A stretch of 64,000 bases of DNA, from IMG/VR virus record IMGVR_UViG_3300045988_097913. The stretch is one strand, 5' to 3'. Positions 56,473-64,000 of this stretch are shown here, piece by piece. The DNA comes from a virus. Each line of letters starts with the position of its first letter. The first letter of the stretch is position 1. Position numbers and translations under genes: made by a program. The notes beneath the pieces were generated by a model. The model saw only the letters and a list, made by a program, of their open reading frames with translations, made no database searches and was not told the DNA's origin.

Positions 56473-59400
56473 ATGAATGTAATTAAGCGTGATGGTCGTG
56501 AAGACAAGTTCCAAAAAGGAAAGATAACGCTTGCAATTCAAAAAGCAAGCGACGAGGTAGAAAAAAGCGGTGGGGAAGCGATGCCGCAGATTGCAATTCA
56601 GACAATCGCCACAGAAGTATATAATAATTTTAAAGCACAAGATTGCGCCGTATCTGTCGAAAATATTCAAGATGCAATTGAGTCACTTCTGATGCAACGC
56701 GGTTATTATGATGTCGCAAAAACGTATATTCGTTATCGTTATGAGCGCCAGCTTGCTAGAAACGGTAATACGACTGATGGCAAAATTCTGTCTATTGTTG
56801 ATGGCGTAAATGAAGATGTAATTCAAGAAAACAGTAACAAGAATCCTAAAATTGCAGCTACGCAACGTGATTATATTGCTGGTGAAGTAAGCCGTGATAT
56901 TGTAAATCGTCTGATTCTTCCAAAAGACATTCGTGAAGCACATGAGCAAGGCTTGATTCATTTTCATGACTCTGACTATGCGATTCAACGGATGCATAAC
57001 TGTTTTAAGGGTAACACACGTCTTGTAACGGATGATGGTGTAAAAGAATTTAGAGATTTCAATGACGGTGAAACTGTTAAGGTTATTGGCTCTGATGGCG
57101 AATGGCATATTGCTACCGTAAAAAAGTACGGAAAACAAAAAATGCAAGATGTCATGATTCAGTCTGGTCGTTCAATTAAGCACGTCCTCTGTACCGCCAA
57201 TCACAGATGGTTATTGAATGACGGAAGTGTAACGACGAATTTAAAAGAAGGAATGGTTCTTACATCGCTACCTGAATTGTCTAAATATGAAATGAAGTCA
57301 AAAGAAGACTACCAAGCATGGGCTATTGGTTTTGCGATTGGAGATGGTGTCGATAAGAAATCTGGCTATACAACAGTTCGCTTATGCGGAGAAAAATCAG
57401 TATATGTAGATTACTTTGTAAAGGCTGGTTACACTGTCACATATCCAGAATCTTACCGTGGAGATGCCTACGCTTTGTGTAAGAACGCTTTTAAGCAAGA
57501 CTTTTTAAATGCTAAAGCATGGCGCTTCCTAGATGGAAAAAGAAAGCAATTTCTTTTTGATGGTTTTTATGCGGCAGACGGAGCCGTTGAAACCAATAGA
57601 GTCTCTACTGTTGATGACCGAGTTGCAGAAATGATTCGTGATATTTCCTCTATCGCAGGATTTTATATTGCAAGCGAATCCGAAACTATCCATGATACAA
57701 ACTTCAAGAAAAATGCTAGACTAATTAACTTCCGGTTCAGAAAATACCAAAATGCAAACAATTTATGGAGCGTAAAGAAAATTACGCCTTATCGTCCAGA
57801 TATTGAATATGATGCTTGGTGTGTTGAAGAGCCAGAAACACATTCCTTTACTCTTGACGGTGGTGTTGTAACTGGAAACTGTTGCCTAATTAATCTGGAA
57901 GATATGCTCCAAAATGGTACTGTGATTAACGGTACTCTAATTGAGAAGCCTCATAGTTTTGCAACTGCTTGCAATATTGCGACTCAGGTGATGGCACAAG
58001 TAGCAAGCAATCAATATGGTGGACAGAGCGAATCGTTAGCACATCTCGTTCCATTTATTGATGTTAGCAGAAAGAAAATCAGAAAGCAAGTGATGGAAGA
58101 AGTTGCTCTGTTAAATTCAAATGCTACGGATGAACAGATTAATGAGATTACAGAAGGTCGTCTAAAAGAAGAAATTAAACGTGGAGTTCAGACAATTCAG
58201 TATCAAATTAATACTTTGATGACGACTAATGGGCAGACACCATTTGTATCTATTTTCCTTTATTTAAATGAAGTAAAGGATGGTAGAGAAAAAGACGACT
58301 TCGCAATGCTCATCGAAGAGGTTCTAAAGCAAAGAATTGAGGGAACCAAAAATGAACAGGGTGTATGGATTACTCCTGCATTCCCAAAGATTCTTTATGT
58401 ACTAGAAGAAGATAATATCCATGAGGGAGATAAGTATTATTATCTAACAGAGCTTGCCGCTAAATGTACAGCAAAGCGTATGGTTCCAGATTATATTTCA
58501 GAAAAGAAAATGCTGGAATATAAGGGTGATTGCTTCCCCTGTATGGGGTGTCGCTCGTTCCTAACTCCTGACCGCACGACAGAGAATTTAGCGAATGCTA
58601 ATAACTGGGTTAAGGGAAAGAAGTATTACGGACGTTTTAATCAAGGCGTTGTTACTATTAATCTTGCAGATGTCGGTTTAAGTGCAAACAAAGATTTTAA
58701 TAAATTCTGGAAGATTTTTGACGAACGTCTTGAGTTGTGTCACAGGGCGCTACAGATTCGCCATAATAGACTTCTTGGTACTCTATCAGATGTATCTCCA
58801 ATTCACTGGCAACATGGAGGTCTTGCTCGTCTAAAGAAAGGAGAGAAGATTGATAAGCTCCTGTATGACGGTTATTCAACCATTAGTCTAGGATATGCTG
58901 GTCTCTACGAATGCGTTATTGCTATGACTGGCAAGAGTCATACAAGTGATGGGGCAAAACCGTTCGCACTTGAAATCATGCAACACATGAATGATAAGTG
59001 TAATGAATGGAAAGCCTCTGAAAACATTGATTATAGTTTGTATGGCTCCCCAATCGAATCCACTACATACAAGTTTGCCAAGTGCCTAAAGAGGCGTTTC
59101 GGTGTTATTCCGGGTATTACAGATAGAAATTATATTACAAACTCTTATCATGTTGTTGTAACCGAAAAGATTGATGCCTTTACAAAACTGAAATTTGAAA
59201 GCGAATTTCAGAAACTATCTCCGGGTGGTGCCATAAGTTATATAGAAATACCTAACTTGAATAATAATGTCGAGGCTGTTCTCTCTGTAATCAAGTTTAT
59301 TTATGACAACATTATGTATGCAGAACTAAATACCAAATGTGATTACTGTCAGGTCTGTGGTTATGACGGAGAAATCCAAATCGTAAAAGATGATGATGGT

Positions 59401-59553
59401 AAGCTAGTTTGGGAATGTCCAAATTGTAAAAATCGTGATAAATCAAAAATGAACATCGTGCGTAGAACTTGTGGTTATCTTGGTACTAATGACTGGAATC
59501 AAGGTCGCACACAAGAGATTAAAGAGCGAGTTGTTCATCTAGGAGTCCAGTAA
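56473..59553 (+). CDS. nrdD: Anaerobic ribonucleoside-triphosphate reductase NrdD (contains an intein)
   Basis: N-terminal ATP-cone. C-terminal Zn ribbon CDYCQVCG..CPNCKN. Glycyl-radical motif RRTCGYLG. Confidence 0.9.
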   Translation: MNVIKRDGREDKFQKGKITLAIQKASDEVEKSGGEAMPQIAIQTIATEVYNNFKAQDCAVSVENIQDAIESLLMQRGYYDVAKTYIRYRYERQLARNGNTTDGKILSIVDGVNEDVIQENSNKNPKIAATQRDYIAGEVSRDIVNRLILPKDIREAHEQGLIHFHDSDYAIQRMHNCFKGNTRLVTDDGVKEFRDFNDGETVKVIGSDGEWHIATVKKYGKQKMQDVMIQSGRSIKHVLCTANHRWLLNDGSVTTNLKEGMVLTSLPELSKYEMKSKEDYQAWAIGFAIGDGVDKKSGYTTVRLCGEKSVYVDYFVKAGYTVTYPESYRGDAYALCKNAFKQDFLNAKAWRFLDGKRKQFLFDGFYAADGAVETNRVSTVDDRVAEMIRDISSIAGFYIASESETIHDTNFKKNARLINFRFRKYQNANNLWSVKKITPYRPDIEYDAWCVEEPETHSFTLDGGVVTGNCCLINLEDMLQNGTVINGTLIEKPHSFATACNIATQVMAQVASNQYGGQSESLAHLVPFIDVSRKKIRKQVMEEVALLNSNATDEQINEITEGRLKEEIKRGVQTIQYQINTLMTTNGQTPFVSIFLYLNEVKDGREKDDFAMLIEEVLKQRIEGTKNEQGVWITPAFPKILYVLEEDNIHEGDKYYYLTELAAKCTAKRMVPDYISEKKMLEYKGDCFPCMGCRSFLTPDRTTENLANANNWVKGKKYYGRFNQGVVTINLADVGLSANKDFNKFWKIFDERLELCHRALQIRHNRLLGTLSDVSPIHWQHGGLARLKKGEKIDKLLYDGYSTISLGYAGLYECVIAMTGKSHTSDGAKPFALEIMQHMNDKCNEWKASENIDYSLYGSPIESTTYKFAKCLKRRFGVIPGITDRNYITNSYHVVVTEKIDAFTKLKFESEFQKLSPGGAISYIEIPNLNNNVEAVLSVIKFIYDNIMYAELNTKCDYCQVCGYDGEIQIVKDDDGKLVWECPNCKNRDKSKMNIVRRTCGYLGTNDWNQGRTQEIKERVVHLGVQ
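57001..57879 (+). mobile_element. Intein with a LAGLIDADG homing endonuclease domain (293 aa)
   Basis: Starts CFKGNTRLVTDDG and ends THSFTLDGGVVTGN|C. LAGLIDADG motifs WAIGFAIGDGV and FLFDGFYAADGAV. Excision yields ..RMHN-CCLINLEDML. Confidence 0.85.
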
Positions 59554-60056
59554 TGAATTATGCTAAGATAACAAAATACGACATTGCAAATGGAGAGGGA
59601 GTAAGGGTTGTTCTATGGGTGAGTGGTTGTGACCATTGTTGTGATGAATGTCAAAATCCTGAAACTTGGGACATCAATTACGGGAGCAAGTTTACTAATG
59701 ACACAGTAAATGAGATTCTTAATTCTCTAAATCATGATTATATTTCTGGTCTTACTCTTAGTGGTGGAGACCCACTAAAGAAAGAGAATATTCCAGAACT
59801 CACACGCCTTGTCAAATTAGTAAAAGAAAAGTTCCCTCAAAAAGATATTTGGTGTTGGACTGGATATGAGTATGAGGAAGTAATGAATAGAAGTGATACT
59901 CAAGAGATTGTTAAATATATTGATGTCTTAGTAGATGGGGAATATATTAAATCTCAGCATGATATTACTCTAAAATGGCGTGGGAGTAGAAATCAAAGAG
60001 TAATTGATTTAAAAGAGACACTAAGAGACGGTTTAGTTAAGTTATATTGTGAATAA
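59553..60056 (+). CDS. nrdG: Anaerobic RNR activating enzyme NrdG (radical SAM)
   Basis: GCDHCCDECQNPETW cluster motif. Coupled to nrdD (TAATG). Confidence 0.85.
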   Translation: MNYAKITKYDIANGEGVRVVLWVSGCDHCCDECQNPETWDINYGSKFTNDTVNEILNSLNHDYISGLTLSGGDPLKKENIPELTRLVKLVKEKFPQKDIWCWTGYEYEEVMNRSDTQEIVKYIDVLVDGEYIKSQHDITLKWRGSRNQRVIDLKETLRDGLVKLYCE

Positions 60057-60101
60057 TTAATTTCAAGTAAGGGATTGGGTGGGTTGGCATTATGGTGATT
60101 T

Positions 60102-60359
60102 ATGAAAATTAGTAGTATGAGTGATTTTCAGGATAAGTGCCGTGTAGAATATATTCTTTGGAATCATAAATTTGGTGATACAAAGATTGCATTTAACGAT
60201 ACTTTTGTTGTGTGGTCTTGTAAGACTCTCCAAAACTGGAAGTGTATCGTTGGTAATAAGGTAGACAATACTCTCGCAGAATACACATTTAACGGAGATA
60301 AAGGTGAGCTATACGAGGATGTTTATAAGAAACTAAGTAATCGTTGTATTACGGAGTAA
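60102..60359 (+). CDS. Hypothetical protein
   Basis: ORF. Confidence 0.5.
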   Translation: MKISSMSDFQDKCRVEYILWNHKFGDTKIAFNDTFVVWSCKTLQNWKCIVGNKVDNTLAEYTFNGDKGELYEDVYKKLSNRCITE

Positions 60360-60452
60360 AGAATAATATGGCTTACAAAGCACTTGGAATATAGACCATG
60401 AGATTAGTCATAAATCAATCATAGATTACTATTGTCGTTATGGAGATTAAAT

Positions 60453-61076
60453 ATGAAGACACTTTATCTTGATGTTGAATTTAATACGGATGAGCATTAT
60501 GATTGGAGTCTTGTTCCTGCTGGAACAAAATGTTCATACGAAAAGTTTGAGTGGCATGGTTGCGAAGAGACTTATACTACTGGCAAACTAAAAGATGACA
60601 TCTCTTGGATTGTTGATGAGTACAAGAAAGTTATTGAGCGGTTTATTGACAATGTGACAGGTGCAGAGGCGAATATTGTTCAAGATGTACTTAATGACGT
60701 TTTAAATAAAAATTGGAATGAAAGTTTTGATGTAAGAAATTATGATGGTCATGGGGATATTCATGTTAAATTTTACATCGACAATCACCTTGAAAAACAG
60801 CCTTTTACTCTTTATGTAACACCCGAACAAAAAAGTGTTCTGAACGCTATGCTTTACAAAGTAGATGATTTTAAGAATAAAAAAGATGAAGAAATTAAAG
60901 ATGGTGTAACTGATATTATCGTATCTCTTTGTAAGAGATATCTTTATGATGAATATGAGTATGATAAACAAGACTTATTAGACGCTCTTGATGAGTTAAC
61001 AGACGGAAGTTTTGACGGGGCTGCTTACGACACCATCAAAGAATTTATTGAGTATTATTTTAACGGACATATTTAA
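60453..61076 (+). CDS. Hypothetical acidic protein
   Basis: SD GGAGA 6 nt before ATG 60453. Confidence 0.5.
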   Translation: MKTLYLDVEFNTDEHYDWSLVPAGTKCSYEKFEWHGCEETYTTGKLKDDISWIVDEYKKVIERFIDNVTGAEANIVQDVLNDVLNKNWNESFDVRNYDGHGDIHVKFYIDNHLEKQPFTLYVTPEQKSVLNAMLYKVDDFKNKKDEEIKDGVTDIIVSLCKRYLYDEYEYDKQDLLDALDELTDGSFDGAAYDTIKEFIEYYFNGHI

Positions 61077-61091
61077 TTGAGGTGAAGATAT

Positions 61092-61421
61092 GTGATTTAT
61101 ACGATAGACACAGTTCCAGAAGATACAACCGTTTATGGTTTTGCATATAAATTTTTTAATCATGATACTAATAGATTGTTTACGGCAGTTCCAACAAAGG
61201 GCATCGTAAAGAATCATAGGTTCTACTCTGACAAAGATGGTTTTGACCCAGATAATCAATTTGATGGTTCAGAACCAGATAGTACCCCTGCATATATTTT
61301 TAAGTATGCTGATACTATTCAAGAAGCCACAGTCGCATATAATGATTTGGTCTGTGATAGAATGGAATGGCTTGGTGATTTATTAAAAAAATCGAGTGAC
61401 GATTTATATTTAGAATTTTAA
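61092..61421 (+). CDS. Hypothetical protein
   Basis: SD GAGGTGA before a GTG start. Confidence 0.5.
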   Translation: MIYTIDTVPEDTTVYGFAYKFFNHDTNRLFTAVPTKGIVKNHRFYSDKDGFDPDNQFDGSEPDSTPAYIFKYADTIQEATVAYNDLVCDRMEWLGDLLKKSSDDLYLEF

Positions 61422-61431
61422 GAGGTGTAGT

Positions 61432-61809
61432 ATGATTAAAATTATTTCTTCTCGTGGTACAGGACGTAGTTATCAAATAGCGAGATACGCAATCTCTAAC
61501 AATTGCAATATTCTTGTTAATTCTTATCGTCAAATTAATCACATGAGAACTATTCTCAAAGATATTCTCTCAACTGACGGTTTTATTATTATTGATGAAT
61601 CCCAGTCTAGCACTGGATATTGTTGTTATTTTAGACGTAGATATGAGTCTGATACTAAGATTGTTAGAATTTACACCATCCATGATGCTCTACAACGCAG
61701 GGGATATGCAGAGGGAGAAAATATTGTAATTGATGACGTAGATTTTGCATTAAAGCAGATATTTAACGCTTATAATCTAAAAGGAATTACTATGGAGGTT
61801 GGGGAATAA
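61432..61809 (+). CDS. Hypothetical protein
   Basis: ORF. Confidence 0.5.
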   Translation: MIKIISSRGTGRSYQIARYAISNNCNILVNSYRQINHMRTILKDILSTDGFIIIDESQSSTGYCCYFRRRYESDTKIVRIYTIHDALQRRGYAEGENIVIDDVDFALKQIFNAYNLKGITMEVGE

Positions 61810-61810
61810 A

Positions 61811-61996
61811 ATGAGTATTATTAAAAATCCAACTTGGACAGATGAGGAACATATTGAGTTTGCCAATATTATTAAGTCAAACAATGGCTATTGCCCATGT
61901 TCTCTAATTAAGAATGAAGATACGAAGTGTATGTGTAAGGAATTTAGAGAGCAAGAAAGTGGTGAATGTCACTGTGGAAGGTTCGTCAAAAAGTGA
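61811..61996 (+). CDS. Small Cys-rich protein, ferredoxin-thioredoxin-reductase-catalytic-chain-like pattern (tentative)
   Basis: CPC..CMC..ECHCGRF spacing. Confidence 0.35.
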   Translation: MSIIKNPTWTDEEHIEFANIIKSNNGYCPCSLIKNEDTKCMCKEFREQESGECHCGRFVKK

Positions 61997-62054
61997 TATA
62001 ATTTATTCCAACAGACAACTTGATTTAAAACAAGAAAACGTAATTCATCAATAT

Positions 62055-62612
62055 ATGACCATGCTCTATGATGAGCATGGTTTTTCTGTTAAACAACCAA
62101 CAAAAGAACAAGATATCTCTGGTATTGATGTTATATTAAATAGATATAACAAAGAATATCTTGTTGATGAAAAGGCGGCTATAAAATATTTAACAAGAGA
62201 TTTGAATACGTTTAGTTTTGAATTATATAAAGCTGGGTATCGTAATAGCGTCGGATGGTTTGTTGATAAGAATAAATTGACGACATATTATAATATAATT
62301 TACCCGAAATCTTTTACTAATGATATTTATAATTTAGATAGCATAGAAGCATTTCTGTTAAACTCAAAAGAATTGCAAGAGGCAGTTTTTCCAGAGATAC
62401 AAAAACACAAAATACATTTTGATAATGTAGAAGAATTTATGTTAAATCAATCAAGTTATAAAGGACGAAGATACTTTGTTATCAATCAATATATGAAATT
62501 AGTGTATAGCGAGTGTATTAGACCAGAGAAACCAATTAATATAGTGATTAACAAGCAATATTTAAGAGACATTGCTTGTGATATATTTTATAAGGATTTT
62601 AGAAAGGAGTAA
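62055..62612 (+). CDS. PD-(D/E)XK nuclease-like protein (tentative)
   Basis: ISGIDVIL..YLVDEKAA resembles a D..(D/E)xK core. The start is uncertain. Confidence 0.4.
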   Translation: MTMLYDEHGFSVKQPTKEQDISGIDVILNRYNKEYLVDEKAAIKYLTRDLNTFSFELYKAGYRNSVGWFVDKNKLTTYYNIIYPKSFTNDIYNLDSIEAFLLNSKELQEAVFPEIQKHKIHFDNVEEFMLNQSSYKGRRYFVINQYMKLVYSECIRPEKPINIVINKQYLRDIACDIFYKDFRKE

Positions 62613-62741
62613 CCAATCCCTGTAAGCAGGGTTGTTGTAAATATGTAATAGTACAACGTAAAGGCTAGAGTTATTGCGGTACGAAAGTGCTATGGGGAGA
62701 TTTCTAGTCTGTCCACTAATCAGTTTGGTTAATGGACGGTT

Positions 62742-63815
62742 GTGGATTATTCATACGAAGATTTACAAAATTTACAAGCACAATCTGTTGATTTTAAACT
62801 ACAGCATTGTATAAATATGATAGCCAAGTTTTATCATAACGAAAATGGGAAATGCTATTTAAGTTATTCTGGTGGGAAGGATAGCACAGTATTAAAATGG
62901 ATTATTCATACGAAGGCTGCAAAATTATTTCCAGAACTTTTAAATATTCCAGTTGTCTATTTTGATACTGGCCTTGAATATCCAGAAGTAAAACAGTTTG
63001 TTAAATCTGATAACAACATTATCATTAGAAAACCAGAAATAAATTTCTTTCAGTGTATTTTAAAATACGGATATCCGATTATTTCAAAAGAAATATCTCA
63101 ATGTATCTGTGAAGCAAGAGTCTGTCCCGGTGGAGCGCAAGATATTAGAATGCACGGAGAATATATTAACCCTCATAATGGTAAAGTTCAATTTAGCCAT
63201 AAGAAATATTTGCCACTTATGGAATTGCCAATTATGTTTAGCAATAAATGTTGCAACTATTTAAAAAAGAAACCAGCTAAACAATATGAGAAAGAAACGG
63301 GCAATTATGCAATCACAGCAGAAATGGCAGAAGAGTCTATCCTTAGAGCTAGGTCTTGGATTGGAACAGGATGTAATGCTTATTCATCCAATGGTGCAAA
63401 GCGCCCGAAATCAAAGCCTATGAGTATTTTCACTGAGCAAGATATTCTAGGATTGATTTTTAATAATCATATTGAGATTCCTAGTGTATATGGTGATATA
63501 GTTCTTGATGAAAACAATAAATATCGTTGCACAGGCTGTGATAGAACCGGGTGCGTGTATTGCGGGTACGGAGCACATCTTGAAAAAGGAGAAACAAGAT
63601 TCCAAAGGCTAGCTAAAACTCATCTTAGACAATATGAATATTGCATCAATGGTGGTCAATGGATTGATAACCATAATTATGATGCTACTAAAATTGGTAC
63701 AGATTATTGGAATCCTAAGCAAATCTGGGTTCCAAATAAGGATGGTTTAGGCATGGGTAAGATGTTCGACATGGTTAATGAAGTGATGGGCAGAGACTTT
63801 ATAAGGTATTACTAA
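62742..63815 (+). CDS. PAPS-reductase-family PP-loop protein with a C-terminal Cys cluster
   Basis: SYSGGKDSTV PP-loop. CTGCDRTGCVYCGYG. Confidence 0.65.
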   Translation: MDYSYEDLQNLQAQSVDFKLQHCINMIAKFYHNENGKCYLSYSGGKDSTVLKWIIHTKAAKLFPELLNIPVVYFDTGLEYPEVKQFVKSDNNIIIRKPEINFFQCILKYGYPIISKEISQCICEARVCPGGAQDIRMHGEYINPHNGKVQFSHKKYLPLMELPIMFSNKCCNYLKKKPAKQYEKETGNYAITAEMAEESILRARSWIGTGCNAYSSNGAKRPKSKPMSIFTEQDILGLIFNNHIEIPSVYGDIVLDENNKYRCTGCDRTGCVYCGYGAHLEKGETRFQRLAKTHLRQYEYCINGGQWIDNHNYDATKIGTDYWNPKQIWVPNKDGLGMGKMFDMVNEVMGRDFIRYY

Positions 63816-63846
63816 CTCGTAATATAGTAACTCATAAGTATAATTA

Positions 63847-63884
63847 AAGACCGTAGAATTAACTACGGTCTTATTTTATGTTTT
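63847..63884 (+). terminator. Rho-independent terminator
   Basis: 10-bp stem AAGACCGTAG/CTACGGTCTT, followed by ATTTTATGTTTT. Confidence 0.7.
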
Positions 63885-64000
63885 GATAAGTGATATCATT
63901 TTGATATCATAATAATATGTCGATGATATTAAAACTTGCTAGTCGATGTTCCACAATCCCAACCACTAATGCTCTCATGTTTATATCATACTCATCTACC

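Noticed and set aside
56449-57147. Minus-strand ORFs 56449-56670 and 56683-57147, plus 58697-58879 and 60702-61542 on the opposite strand of the plus-strand gene block.
   Set aside because: They are antisense to nrdD and the early genes, which have clear motifs or SD sequences.
63907-64000. A possible 3' end of a convergent minus-strand gene (..VDEYDINMRALVVGIVEHRLASFNIIDILL*), and two TGATATCA palindromes at 63890-63908.
   Set aside because: Only ~31 codons are visible at the window edge, which is too little to call. The palindromes are short and AT-rich.

Overview
AT-rich segment of a large tailed phage with siphovirus-type gene order and Firmicutes/Clostridia-like signals. All calls come from manual reading; no database search was run. 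Splice junctions are hand-derived, roughly +/-3 nt except where noted.

Layout:
- 1-33.6 kb, minus strand: tail tip, tape measure (TMP), neck, capsid, portal and terminase. A recombinase/RecU/holin-like/fibre cassette is wedged between the major tail gene and the TMP.
- 34-40 kb: Xer-like recombinase and a second fibre cluster.
- 40-48 kb: accessory region. It holds a complete IscB RNA-guided nuclease with a candidate omega-RNA. Abutting it is an agr-type quorum-sensing pair: a 43-aa AgrD missing from the ORF track, plus AgrB.
- 48.7-55.5 kb: tRNA-like element, HU, ClpP, and a YonO/RdRp-like single-subunit RNA polymerase.
- 55.5-56.2 kb: divergent control region with three copies of a 19-bp site and a 284-bp tract that is 98.6% A+T.
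- 56.2-63.8 kb, plus strand: NrdD, NrdG, small early genes and a PAPS-reductase-like protein.

The dominant theme is self-splicing and selfish DNA. There are six group I introns: three in the TMP gene, one in terL, one inside the DFDGD catalytic motif of the RNA polymerase, and one in a Gly-rich gene. There is also a LAGLIDADG intein in NrdD, plus IscB. Five nuclease families are represented.
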